Positions 18,040 through 27,479 of a DNA stretch of 47,153 nucleotides are shown here, piece by piece (the stretch's first letter is position 1; every line of letters starts with the position of its first letter). Under the pieces are notes generated by a model. The model did not search any database. It was not told the origin of the DNA and worked only from the letters and a program-made list of their open reading frames with translations. The stretch spans positions 1 to 47,153 of the forward strand of contig DAISWS010000004.1 in NCBI GenBank assembly GCA_036826275.1, written 5' to 3'. Both the position numbers and the translations under genes were made by a program. Origin of the DNA: Vulcanimicrobiaceae bacterium (lineage in GTDB: Bacteria > Vulcanimicrobiota > Vulcanimicrobiia > Vulcanimicrobiales > Vulcanimicrobiaceae).

Positions 18040-18429
18040 CTAGATCGCGTCGGCCGATAAGACCGTGCGCGCGCGAGCGTTATCGTTTGTCGCTATCGCC
18101 ACGACCGCCCACCCGTCGGCGCGCTGCACCATATTGAGTCCGCGTATGTCGAGACTGGCTTCCATGAGGCGGCGCGAAAGGTGCGCGAGCGCACCGGGGC
18201 GATCCTCGATGCGCGCAAGCAGCACCTCTTCGGTCACCGCGTTATAACCGGCGGAGGTCAAGATCGCCAGCGCTTCGTCGACGCGCTCTACGTCGATCCG
18301 CAGCACGCCTTGCGCGCCCACGGCTTCGGCAACGATCGCACTGATGCTCAAACCCTTCGATGCGAGCAGTTCCGCAATCTCGGCGAGCGAGCCGGGCCGG
18401 TTTTGAACGATTACGGTGATGCGCTGCAA
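18040..18429 (-). CDS. Tandem ACT-domain protein
   Basis: Two ACT-like repeats (ITVIVQNRPGSLAEIAELL... and LLARIEDRPGALAHLSRRL...). TTG start at 18429 with GGAGG at 18437-18441. It overlaps the hdc 3' end by 19 nt. The start is inferred. Confidence 0.65.
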   Translation of the reverse strand: MQRITVIVQNRPGSLAEIAELLASKGLSISAIVAEAVGAQGVLRIDVERVDEALAILTSAGYNAVTEEVLLARIEDRPGALAHLSRRLMEASLDIRGLNMVQRADGWAVVAIATNDNARARTVLSADAI

Positions 18430-19544
18430 CGAAGATCCTCCACGAATGCATCGACGAGCTCTTTGCCGATTCCGGGCATGGCGATGAAATGCGAAATCTC
18501 GTCCTGCGTCGCGAGCTGCCACCTCTCGCGGACCGGATCGGAAACTCGCGGAAAGACAACGGTCAGCGCATCGGGATTACGCCACGCCGCAATGCCCGCG
18601 CCGCGCAAACGGTCGACGGCATAAGCGGCCACCGCCAGGGCGTCCTGCGCCCGGCGCCGCAGTCCGTCGATCCCCAAGGTCTGCAGACGGTGCCACAATA
18701 TCAGTGGCGTAAAGCCGTTGCGGGAGCCGCTTATGGTCGTATCCAGACTGCCGATGTAGTCGACGGAACGCGCTATCCGCGAGACGTTGTGTTTGCGCGC
18801 AAGCACGACGCCGCAGGGCATCGGCGCGCCTAAAAATTTGTGCCCGCTGATCGAGATGCTGTCCGCTCCGTCGGCAAAATCGAACGCCGGACGCGGATCG
18901 AGCAGCGGCGCAAAGGCGCCGCACAACGCGGCATCGGCATGGACGTAGCGCTGGCGTATCGCCATCGAGTTCATGATATCGACGATGCGCGAGACGTCGT
19001 CGCGCGCTTCCGTCATCGTCGTTCCGATGTTCGCGAAGACGATGGGTGGAACGTCGCGATGAACCTTCAGCGTCTCACGCAAATCGTCGTAATCGATCTC
19101 GCCGTTGCGCTGAGCGCGGATCATGATGTGCCGCATGCCCAGGAAGTGCAAGTTTTTGCTGACGCTGTAATGCGTGTGTTCGGAGAAGTAGACGATTCCG
19201 CCGGGATGCAGCTCGCGCGCCAGGTAGAGCCCGTAAAGATTGCCCTCGGTGCCGCCGTTGGTAACGTAACCCCACCAGTCGTCTTCCGGAGCGCGAAGCA
19301 TGCGCGCGAAGAACGACAGAACGTCGCGCTCGAATTCGCGCGTTTCCACTTGATACGTGCCTTCGGCAAACGGATCGCCGACGTTGTTGAGCGGGAGCCG
19401 CAGAAAGCGCAGCAGCGGCGTGCAGTCGAAGTCTTTGGCGGCGGGATAGCCGAGCGCGTCATGATTGCGCCGCTCGAGCCGTTCGTACAGATCGTCAAGG
19501 GCCTGCGTCGCCGCAGGCCCTTGTTGATTATGCGTAAACGCCAC
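18411..19544 (-). CDS. hdc: PLP-dependent histidine decarboxylase (Gram-negative group II type)
   Basis: Close block-by-block resemblance, from memory, to enterobacterial HDC: WGYVTNGGTEGN, NGEIDYDDL, IVFANIGTT, HADAAL, SISGHKF (PLP Lys), GSRNG and NAWRN-like AAWRN. Start taken at GTG 19544, giving ~377 aa. The listed ORF start at 19613 would overlap gdh by 86 nt. Confidence 0.8.
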   Translation of the reverse strand: MAFTHNQQGPAATQALDDLYERLERRNHDALGYPAAKDFDCTPLLRFLRLPLNNVGDPFAEGTYQVETREFERDVLSFFARMLRAPEDDWWGYVTNGGTEGNLYGLYLARELHPGGIVYFSEHTHYSVSKNLHFLGMRHIMIRAQRNGEIDYDDLRETLKVHRDVPPIVFANIGTTMTEARDDVSRIVDIMNSMAIRQRYVHADAALCGAFAPLLDPRPAFDFADGADSISISGHKFLGAPMPCGVVLARKHNVSRIARSVDYIGSLDTTISGSRNGFTPLILWHRLQTLGIDGLRRRAQDALAVAAYAVDRLRGAGIAAWRNPDALTVVFPRVSDPVRERWQLATQDEISHFIAMPGIGKELVDAFVEDLRCSASP

Positions 19545-20787
19545 GCAACCTGAGGGCTTGCACGACGCGATCGATCGCGACCATGTATGCCGAGGTGCGA
19601 TAGGGAATGCCATGGCGCTTCGAGATGCCGCGCAATTCGTGGAAGTTGGTAATCAGCGTGTCCTCGAGCCGCTCGTTCACTTCTGAAAGCTTCCAGAAGT
19701 ATCCCATGCGGTCTTGAACCCACTCGAAGTATGAAACCGTCACGCCGCCGGCGTTCGCCATGATGTCGGGAATCACGGTAATGCCGCGCTCGTTGAAGAT
19801 GCGGTCGGCATCGGGCGTGGTAGGCCCATTGGCGCCCTCGACGATCAGTTTTGCTTTGACCTTTGCGGCGTTCTCCGCGGTCAGCACTTTTTCGAGCGCT
19901 GCCGGAACGAGCACGTCGCAGTCCGCGACGAGCAGCTCGGAGTTGCTGATCTTGTCGCCGCCTTTGAAGCCGTCAAGGTTGTGATTGCGTTCGGTGTGCG
20001 TAACCGCTTCCGAGACGTCGATGCCCTTCTCGTTGTAGTACGCGCCGGTAACGTCGGAAATGCCGACGACTTTGCAACCGCGTTCCTCGAAAAGCTGCGC
20101 GGCCCAACGGCCGACGTTACCGAAGCCCTGAATGACGACGCGGGCGTTCTTCGGCGAAATACCCATGTTCGCAAGCTCGTCCATGCCGCAGATCATGACG
20201 CCGCGGCCCGTTGCTTCCACGCGCCCTTTCGAACCGCCGACTGCAAGCGGTTTGCCGGTAACGACGCCGGGCACCGCTTGGCGCATGTGCATCGAAAACG
20301 TGTCCATGAACCACGCCATCGTTTGCGGATTCGTGTTCACGTCCGGCGCGGGCACGTCTTTATCGGGGCCGACGACTTCAACCAACTCAGCCGCGTAACG
20401 TCGCGTGATGCGCTCGAGCTCGCCCTGAGAAAGTTTGGTCGGATCGCAGGTCACGCCCCCTTTGCCGCCGCCGAAGGGTAAGTCGACGACCGCGCATTTC
20501 CAGGTCATCCAAAATGCCAGCGCTGTTACTTCGTCCAGCGTCACGCCCGGATGGAACCGGATGCCGCCCTTTGCGGGGCCGCGGGCGAAACTATACTGCA
20601 CGCGATAGCCCGTGTACACCTCGAATTCACCGTTGTCGCGCTGGAACGGAATCGAGAAGATGATCTGACGCGTCGGATGCGTCAGGATAGCGCGCATGGT
20701 GGAATCGAGTTCCAGGAGCGCGGCCGCCTCGTTGAAGTAGGCGATGCCGTCTCCGAATACGGACACTTCGCGCACAGCAGTGGTCAT
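19528..20787 (-). CDS. gdhA: Glutamate dehydrogenase
   Basis: KGGIRFHP, PFGGGKGGV and the Rossmann motif GFGNVG. 419 aa. GGAGG lies 12 nt upstream of the ATG. Confidence 0.9.
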   Translation of the reverse strand: MTTAVREVSVFGDGIAYFNEAAALLELDSTMRAILTHPTRQIIFSIPFQRDNGEFEVYTGYRVQYSFARGPAKGGIRFHPGVTLDEVTALAFWMTWKCAVVDLPFGGGKGGVTCDPTKLSQGELERITRRYAAELVEVVGPDKDVPAPDVNTNPQTMAWFMDTFSMHMRQAVPGVVTGKPLAVGGSKGRVEATGRGVMICGMDELANMGISPKNARVVIQGFGNVGRWAAQLFEERGCKVVGISDVTGAYYNEKGIDVSEAVTHTERNHNLDGFKGGDKISNSELLVADCDVLVPAALEKVLTAENAAKVKAKLIVEGANGPTTPDADRIFNERGITVIPDIMANAGGVTVSYFEWVQDRMGYFWKLSEVNERLEDTLITNFHELRGISKRHGIPYRTSAYMVAIDRVVQALRLRGVYA

Positions 20788-20874
20788 AAAGTGTAAAAGC
20801 CTCCGGTAGAAACCAAACCTTGGAGACTTATGGTCCTGCGCCGCCTTCCCCTATGTTCAAAAGTCGCAGTTACT

Positions 20875-20900
20875 AAAAGGCCCGGCAAGCGCGGGGGGCC
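20875..20900 (-). terminator. Possible weak terminator after ychF
   Basis: On the - strand, GGCCC...GGGCC (5-bp GC stem) is followed by TTTT. The stem is short and the loop long, so support is weak. Confidence 0.25.
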
Positions 20901-20937
20901 GCCCGCTGGGTGGAACCGGAGCGGCCGGCTGGTGCCC

Positions 20938-22032
20938 CTAGACGTTAAACTTGAAGTTGACGACGTCGCCTTCTTGCATGACGTAGTCCTTGCCCTCGCT
21001 GCGGACCAGACCCGCGGTTCGCAGCGCATCCATCGTCTTGTGCTTGACGTAGTCGTCGTAATCGACGATCTCAGCCCGGATGAAGCCGCGCTCGATGTCG
21101 CTGTGAATCTTCCCCGCGGCCTGCGGCGCTTTCGTGCCCTGCTCAATCGTCCAGGCGCGCACTTCCTTTTCGCCTGCCGTCAGGAACGTCATCAGCCCCA
21201 GCAGACCGTAGGCCGAAACGATGAGCTGGTCCAAACCGCCGCGTTCGATGCCCAGCTCGGCCCGAAATTCCTTTGCTTCTTCTTCAGTCAAACCGGCCAG
21301 CTCCGCTTCGACTTTGCCGCAAAACGCGACGACGCCGCTGCGCTCGCTCTTCGCAATCTCTTTCACCGAACTAAGCAAAGGTCCCGGATTGCGAATCTGT
21401 TCTTCGTCGATGTTCGCGACGTAGAGCAGCGGCTTGGCCGAAAGTAAAAATGACTCCGCGGCAACTTCCGCTTCCGGCGAGTCCTTGGCAAACGTTCGCG
21501 CCGGCACGTTGTCCTCGAGCGCCTTGATCAGGTTTTTGGCCGCGTCGAGTTTGTAGCGCAGTTTTGGGTTCGCACGGGCCTCACGCTCGAGTTTATCTAT
21601 GCGTTTTTCCAGCGTCGCAAGATCCGCGAGCGCCATCTCGATGCCGACGATCTCGATGTCCCGGCGCGGATCGGGGCCGCCCTCGACGTGCGTCACGTTC
21701 TCGTCCTCGAAACACCGCACCACCATCGCGACCGCATCGGTCTCGCGGATGTGGCTCAAGAACGCGTTGCCCAAGCCTTGCCCGGTGCTCGCTCCGCGCA
21801 CCAAGCCCGCGATGTCGACGAAGCGCATCGTCGCGGGCACGATCTGTTTGGCGCGAACCAAGTCGCTGAGCACCTGCAGACGCGTATCCGGCACCGGTAC
21901 CTCGCCGACGTTGGGCTCGATGGTAGCAAAGGGATAATTCGCCGCCAGCGCCTGCGCCGAGCGAGTGAGCGCGTTGAAGATAGTGGACTTGCCGACGTTC
22001 GGCAGGCCGACGATTCCGCACGAAAGAGCCAT
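20938..22032 (-). CDS. ychF: Ribosome-binding ATPase YchF
   Basis: GIVGLPNVGKSTIFNALT P-loop, a coiled-coil insert and a C-terminal TGS-like domain ending DVVNFKFNV. Confidence 0.95.
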   Translation of the reverse strand: MALSCGIVGLPNVGKSTIFNALTRSAQALAANYPFATIEPNVGEVPVPDTRLQVLSDLVRAKQIVPATMRFVDIAGLVRGASTGQGLGNAFLSHIRETDAVAMVVRCFEDENVTHVEGGPDPRRDIEIVGIEMALADLATLEKRIDKLEREARANPKLRYKLDAAKNLIKALEDNVPARTFAKDSPEAEVAAESFLLSAKPLLYVANIDEEQIRNPGPLLSSVKEIAKSERSGVVAFCGKVEAELAGLTEEEAKEFRAELGIERGGLDQLIVSAYGLLGLMTFLTAGEKEVRAWTIEQGTKAPQAAGKIHSDIERGFIRAEIVDYDDYVKHKTMDALRTAGLVRSEGKDYVMQEGDVVNFKFNV

Positions 22033-22132
22033 GTGAACCGCGCTCCGTTCTGTCCGGGCGGCTGCGCGCCCTGGTTAGCCCGGCCGCTTCCTTAGGAATG
22101 ATTAGCCGGGGACCACGTAGGATAGGACTCAC

Positions 22133-22606
22133 ATGCGGCAGATGAAGGTCGACAAGTTGGGAATCGATCTCTTGACCCACGACCCAGTCGTGATCCTCAA
22201 GGACATGGATGGCAAGCGCTTCCTGCCGATCCTCATCGGGCCGTTCGAAGCCACCGCAATCGCGCTTGCACTCGAGGGCGCGCCGGTACCGCGGCCTCTG
22301 ACGCACGATCTGATGCGCAACGTTCTCGAAACGCTGGACGCACACTTGGAGCAAGTCGTCATCCACGACATCCGCGAGTCGACGTTCTTCGCAAAACTGA
22401 TGGTACGCACCAACGGCGATTTGCAAGAGATCGACGCGCGGCCTTCGGACGGCATCGCGCTCGCGCTTCGCATGAGCGCCCCAATCTACGTCTCCGACAA
22501 GATCGTGCTCGAGGAATCGGTGCCGGACAAGAAAACCGAAGACGCCGAGGTCGAACGCTTCAAAAAATTCATCGATGACTTAAAGCCGTCGGATTTTAAC
22601 AGGTAG
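22133..22606 (+). CDS. Bifunctional nuclease family protein (DUF151/BFN)
   Basis: PVVILKD..GKRFLPILIG..EATAIA, RPLTHDL and DARPSDGIALALR blocks are typical of DUF151. Confidence 0.8.
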   Translation: MRQMKVDKLGIDLLTHDPVVILKDMDGKRFLPILIGPFEATAIALALEGAPVPRPLTHDLMRNVLETLDAHLEQVVIHDIRESTFFAKLMVRTNGDLQEIDARPSDGIALALRMSAPIYVSDKIVLEESVPDKKTEDAEVERFKKFIDDLKPSDFNR

Positions 22607-22959
22607 TGCAGCCGTTCACCGCAATCGATCACGTGCAGTTGGCGATGCCGCCAGGACGTGAAGACGATGCGCGTGCATTTTTCTGCGGCGTGCTCGGCAT
22701 GACGGAGCTGCCTAAGCCGGCCGAACTTGCATCACGTGGAGGTTGCTGGTTTGCGAGCGGCGTCGTTCAAGTGCATCTCGGCGTCGAGGCGGATTTCCGT
22801 CCAGCGCGCAAGGCTCATCCCGGATTGCGCTGCGCAGATTTACGGCAAACGCTTGCGCGGTTACGAGCAGCCGGCATCAGCTACGAGGAAGATCGGCGAA
22901 CCGGAATGCTGCGCGCGTTCGTCGACGACCCGTTCGGAAACCGCATCGAACTTACGTAA
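22606..22959 (+). CDS. VOC/glyoxalase-family protein
   Basis: IDHVQLAMP...FFCGVLGM...FVDDPFGNRIEL pattern. GTG start overlaps the upstream TAG as TAGTG. Confidence 0.75.
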   Translation: MQPFTAIDHVQLAMPPGREDDARAFFCGVLGMTELPKPAELASRGGCWFASGVVQVHLGVEADFRPARKAHPGLRCADLRQTLARLRAAGISYEEDRRTGMLRAFVDDPFGNRIELT

Positions 22960-23416
22960 CCGGCGGCTGTGTCGGGCGTTTCTGGAACGTCACAACGCCG
23001 CGCAGGGGCAACGGCACCAGAGGCGAGTAGCGATCGAAATACTCTTCCGCGGATTGTTTGCGCGCGGGATCGTCGAGGAGCCAATCCGCGAACGTCGGAT
23101 AAATCCCGAACGGCGATTGATGCAGCGTATCTTCCGTGTCCGTAGCAACGAGCGCCCCCGTACGAGATGATATTTCTGACGTATACACGTCAAGCACCCA
23201 ATCTCCGAGCATGGCAACGCTGCGTTCGGCGTAGAGCTGGCTCGGATTTTCGCGTATCAGGCTGAACAATGCCGTATCGGCCGCGCCCCGCCGCGCGAAG
23301 GAGAGCACGAAACGGCCTTCGCCGGCCTCGATAACGCGCACGAAGCCTTGAAAGCGGTCCACGCTGATCTCCGTCAGCATGTCCGAAAGGGCTGAGAGCG
23401 TGATGGTCCGGCCCAT
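22952..23416 (-). CDS. Hypothetical protein (154 aa)
   Basis: Start taken at MGRTITL (ATG 23416), 20 nt downstream of the monooxygenase stop. No family recognised. The 3' end overlaps the VOC gene by 8 nt. Confidence 0.5.
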   Translation of the reverse strand: MGRTITLSALSDMLTEISVDRFQGFVRVIEAGEGRFVLSFARRGAADTALFSLIRENPSQLYAERSVAMLGDWVLDVYTSEISSRTGALVATDTEDTLHQSPFGIYPTFADWLLDDPARKQSAEEYFDRYSPLVPLPLRGVVTFQKRPTQPPVT

Positions 23417-23436
23417 ATGGAACTCGACGTATCTGT

Positions 23437-25023
23437 TCACGTACGTTGCTCGCGTTTGACGAACAGCTCGCCCGCCCATGCTTCGAGCGCATCAAGATTT
23501 GCACAGGTTCCTCGAAAGCCGATGTATCCGTCCGGACGCACGGCATAGACCATGCTCCCGCCGCCGCCGTACTGCTTGATGAAGTCCTCGTCGCCGTCGA
23601 GCAGCACACTGCCCTGCATGACGTCCCGGTAATCCGCCAGCAAATGCGCGACGCGCGCCAGCTCCGTGCCCCCAGCCGGTTTCACCGCGATCACGGTGTG
23701 GACGGGCTCACGCAGCAAATCGAACATCCGCAAGCGCGTCCCGACCTCGTCAACGGCCTCGCAATCGGGTGCGCGATCGCCCGCGCGCAGCGGTGACGGA
23801 CCGCCGGCGTCGCGCACGATCGCACTGCGGCGGTAGTGAATGCCGATCTCCGACACGGCGCCGCGCAGCCGCTCCTGCACCGCGCCGAGCGGTGCAATGC
23901 GCGAAAACAGCGCATCGCGGAATTGCTCGAGCAGCCAGTTCGGCGTCGTCGCCGCGCGCAGCACAAGCGACGTAGCGTCGACGAGTGCATCGCCGACGGG
24001 TTTGCGTTCGGCGTCATACGAGTCGCGCAGCGACGGCCGCGCTCTCCCCGACTCGAGCAGCGCGAGCTTCCAAACGAGATTGGCGGCGTCTTGGATGCCG
24101 GTGTTCATGCCTTGCCCGCCGACGGGTGAATGCACGTTCGTCGCATCCCCGGCCATGAAGACGCGGCCGGCGGAGTACGCGGGCGTCTTGCGTTCGTTCA
24201 CGTGAAACGCGGTCATCCACCGCGGATCGCTCACCCGCACGTTTTCGATCGCGCAGCTGTCTATGGCGGACTGGAAGTCCTCGATTGTGGGCTCGCGTTC
24301 CATGGGATCGTCGTGCAAAGCAACGATGAACCGGCAGTAGTCGTCATCCATGCGTCCAAAAAACACGATGTTTCCACGATGCAAGCGCACGGTCAACACA
24401 TCGTCCGGAACGTCGCCGTGCGTCTTCAGATCGCCCAGGAAGAAGTCGAACTTCACCGCGCGCCCTTCGAACGGCATGCCCAGCAGACTGCGCACGGTGC
24501 TGTGCGCGCCGTCAGCGCCGATGAGATACGCGCATCTCATGCGTTCGGCCGTACCGTCCGCGTGCCGCAGCTCGCACTCGACTCCCTGGCCCCGATCGCT
24601 AAATGCGCGCAATTCAACCCCGCGTTCGATGCGCCCGCCCTGCGCTTGCACGTGTTCGCTCAGCAGCCGCTCAGTCTCGGTCTGCGGCAGGAACAACACG
24701 AACGGATAGCTGCCGGGAATCTCGTCGAACGACGCTTCGAGTATGCGTTTGGCGCCATCGTACATGCGAATGCGCCGTAAGCGGCGTCCGCGTTCGATCG
24801 CCTGCTGGGCAATTTCGTAACGTTCGAACTGCTCGAGCGTACGCGCTTGAATGACCAGCGCTTGCGAATGCAGGGCGCCGTGCGGCGCTTTGTCGATGAT
24901 GCGGTACCGCAGTCCGAAACGCGTCGCCTCAGCTGCCATCGCGAGACCCGTCGGCCCCGCACCGGCGATCAGCAGATCGACGTCGGCCGCGCTCAAATAT
25001 CCCATTGCCAGATGTTGTACCAT
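23437..25023 (-). CDS. FAD-dependent aromatic-ring monooxygenase (PheA/TfdB-like, with C-terminal thioredoxin-like domain)
   Basis: DLLIAGAGPTGLAMA dinucleotide fold and GDATNVHSPVGGQGMNTGIQDA FAD motif. Length is ~520 aa. An alternative start at ATG 25005 is possible. Confidence 0.85.
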   Translation of the reverse strand: MVQHLAMGYLSAADVDLLIAGAGPTGLAMAAEATRFGLRYRIIDKAPHGALHSQALVIQARTLEQFERYEIAQQAIERGRRLRRIRMYDGAKRILEASFDEIPGSYPFVLFLPQTETERLLSEHVQAQGGRIERGVELRAFSDRGQGVECELRHADGTAERMRCAYLIGADGAHSTVRSLLGMPFEGRAVKFDFFLGDLKTHGDVPDDVLTVRLHRGNIVFFGRMDDDYCRFIVALHDDPMEREPTIEDFQSAIDSCAIENVRVSDPRWMTAFHVNERKTPAYSAGRVFMAGDATNVHSPVGGQGMNTGIQDAANLVWKLALLESGRARPSLRDSYDAERKPVGDALVDATSLVLRAATTPNWLLEQFRDALFSRIAPLGAVQERLRGAVSEIGIHYRRSAIVRDAGGPSPLRAGDRAPDCEAVDEVGTRLRMFDLLREPVHTVIAVKPAGGTELARVAHLLADYRDVMQGSVLLDGDEDFIKQYGGGGSMVYAVRPDGYIGFRGTCANLDALEAWAGELFVKREQRT

Positions 25024-26621
25024 GGCGTGCTGCTTGGGTTCACTTTGAAATTACGCAGGTCCGGCGAGTGCACCGCAATCCGGCGGCGCTCGTACAACGG
25101 AATGAACGGAATCGTTTGCCAGATGAGCGGCTCGGCGCGCGCGTAAATCTTCGCGCGCTGCGCCGGATCGTCGGTGTTCAGTCCGGCCTTCTCCAACGCA
25201 TCGACTTGGCGGTTGCAGTAGCGGTAGACGTTCTCGCCTTTGGGATAGAAGTAGTCGCAGCCGATGTAGTACGACATGTCCGGATCCCACGAGAGCGTCA
25301 CGCCGTAGGTCGCGAAATCGTACTGGCCGCTGTAGATGGGTCCCTCGGGCGTAAAGATCTCGTTGTAGGCATACGTCTTGATGTCGAGCCGCACGCCGAC
25401 GGCGTGAAAATACTGCTGCAACTGCACGGCGACCATCCGCAGCGAGTCGGATCCGGTAATGATGTCGATCGTGTATTCCAGGCGCGTCTTGCCGTTCGTC
25501 CGCACGCCGTCGGGGCCGCGCTTATAGCCGGCCGCATCGAGCGCCGCATTGGCTGCCGCGGGATCGTAGCGGTACGCACGATTTTTTACATACCCGAGCG
25601 CGGTGGGCGGAATGATGTCGTGCGCCGGCTCGGCCGAGCCGTGCGTGAGCTTGTCGATGATCGCGTTGTAGTCGATCGAGGCGGCAATGGCCCGGCGAAC
25701 GCGCACGTCGTCAAGTCCGGCGTGGCTTTCATTCATGATGAGCAGCGCCTGCGAGTTCCACGGATAGAGCTGCGTGACGACGCCGGGCAGATTCACGTAC
25801 CGCTGATACAGCGTGGAGGGCGGCGAGCCGACGAGATCGATGTGGTGCAGGCGCACCTCGTTGAGCACCGTCTGATCTTCCGGGATCACGTGAAATTCGA
25901 TGCGCTGCAACTTGGGCACGCCCTTGAAATACGACGTATTGCGCTCGAAGATGATCTCGCGTCCTCGTTCCCATTTGACGAAACGGAACGGCCCGGTGCC
26001 GATTGGCGCCGAGTTGAACGGCACTTGGTTTAGCGAACTGTATTTCGCCAGTATGTGCGCGGGGAGTATCGGTTTTCCGCCCTCTTGCAGCGGCGTGAAA
26101 AACTTGGAGACGAACGGCGGATAGCGTCTGGCCAAATGCACGACGGCCGTATACCGGTCGGGCGTAGCGATCGACGCGATTTCGGTGTACCCTTCGCGGT
26201 GAAGCGTGTTATTGTTCGGATTGACGACGGCTTGCCACGAAAACTTGACGTCGGCGGAGGTGAGGGGTGCGCCGTCCTGCCACCGCACGTTATGCCGCAG
26301 ATGATAGACGTACGTTTTCCCGTCGGCGGAGATCCCGTGATTTGCGAGCGTCGGCACCTGCGTGGCCAGATCGCCTTGCAACTGCCCGCGGTCGTCGGCA
26401 ACGACCAAATACGAATACATGAACGACGACAAAAAATACACCAGATCCATCGTCGAGAGGTACTCGTTGAGGTTATCCGGGTCCGAGATGTCGGCGAAGC
26501 GTAGAACGTGCGGGATCGTGTAGGCATGCCGGCCCGCGGCGGTCGGGGCCTGGGCGGTGCGCGTGCATCCGGCCAGCAGCATGGCAGCGGCCAGCACGCC
26601 GCCGGTCAGTCGCCTCATCAT
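24993..26621 (-). CDS. ABC-transporter family-5 solute-binding lipoprotein (peptide/nickel type), with no cognate permease or ATPase nearby
   Basis: Start at MMRRLTG (ATG 26621) with lipobox LLAGC. The family-5 SBP pattern includes LVVADDRGQLQGDLA and VRWQDGAPLTSADVKFSW. The 3' end overlaps the monooxygenase start. Confidence 0.8.
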   Translation of the reverse strand: MMRRLTGGVLAAAMLLAGCTRTAQAPTAAGRHAYTIPHVLRFADISDPDNLNEYLSTMDLVYFLSSFMYSYLVVADDRGQLQGDLATQVPTLANHGISADGKTYVYHLRHNVRWQDGAPLTSADVKFSWQAVVNPNNNTLHREGYTEIASIATPDRYTAVVHLARRYPPFVSKFFTPLQEGGKPILPAHILAKYSSLNQVPFNSAPIGTGPFRFVKWERGREIIFERNTSYFKGVPKLQRIEFHVIPEDQTVLNEVRLHHIDLVGSPPSTLYQRYVNLPGVVTQLYPWNSQALLIMNESHAGLDDVRVRRAIAASIDYNAIIDKLTHGSAEPAHDIIPPTALGYVKNRAYRYDPAAANAALDAAGYKRGPDGVRTNGKTRLEYTIDIITGSDSLRMVAVQLQQYFHAVGVRLDIKTYAYNEIFTPEGPIYSGQYDFATYGVTLSWDPDMSYYIGCDYFYPKGENVYRYCNRQVDALEKAGLNTDDPAQRAKIYARAEPLIWQTIPFIPLYERRRIAVHSPDLRNFKVNPSSTPWYNIWQWDI

Positions 26622-26671
26622 GATGATTGCTTCGAGGGGTGACGAGGTTTTCCCAGAATCCAGCGCCACTT

Positions 26672-27478
26672 ATGAACACTGAAGAACGCGCCGACATCGG
26701 CGTTTTTGGCGGCTCGGGCTTTTATTCGCTCATCGAGAACGCCCGGGAAGTCACCATTGAAACACCGTACGGCGCGCCCAGCGACAGACTGGCGCTCGGC
26801 GAAATCGCCGGCAAGCGCGTTGCCTTTTTGCCGCGCCACGGCAAGGACCACCGTTATCCGCCGCACACGATCAACTATCGCGCCAATCTGTGGGCGATGA
26901 AATCGCTCGGCGTCAAACGCATCATCGCGCCGACCGCATGCGGTTCCCTGACGCCCGATTTCAAGCCAGGCTCGATGGTCGTCGCCGATCAAATCGTCGA
27001 TCGTACGACCGGCCGCACCGATACGTTCTACGATGGCCCAATTACGACGCACGTCAGCTTTGCGGATCCGTATTGCCCGACGATGCGCCCGGTCGCTATC
27101 GAACAATTGCGTGCGCTCGGTATCGAAACGCACGGCCACGGAACCGTGGTCGTGATACAGGGACCTCGCTTTTCGACGCGTTCGGAATCGCGCTGGTTCT
27201 CGGCAATGGGCTGGGAAGTGATCAACATGACGCAATATCCCGAAGCGTATTTGGCGCGCGAGCTGGAGATGTGCTACGTGAACATCTCGCTGATCACGGA
27301 CTATGACGTCGGCCTGGAAGGCGTGGGCGGCATCGAGCCGGTTTCACACCATGAAGTTATCGAAGTCTTCAACCAGAACAACGCACGCGTCAAAGACGGC
27401 ATCTTCCGCATCGTGGAGAAGCTGGACATAAAGGCATCGTGCGCGTGTCAGAGCGCGCTCAAGGGGGCAAGAGCGTAA
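26672..27478 (+). CDS. mtnP: S-methyl-5'-thioadenosine phosphorylase
   Basis: Start at MNTEER (ATG 26672). Contains IGVFGGSGFY, LPRHGKDHRYPPHTINYRANLWA and EVINMTQYPEAYLARE. Confidence 0.9.
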   Translation: MNTEERADIGVFGGSGFYSLIENAREVTIETPYGAPSDRLALGEIAGKRVAFLPRHGKDHRYPPHTINYRANLWAMKSLGVKRIIAPTACGSLTPDFKPGSMVVADQIVDRTTGRTDTFYDGPITTHVSFADPYCPTMRPVAIEQLRALGIETHGHGTVVVIQGPRFSTRSESRWFSAMGWEVINMTQYPEAYLARELEMCYVNISLITDYDVGLEGVGGIEPVSHHEVIEVFNQNNARVKDGIFRIVEKLDIKASCACQSALKGARA

Positions 27479-27479
27479 T

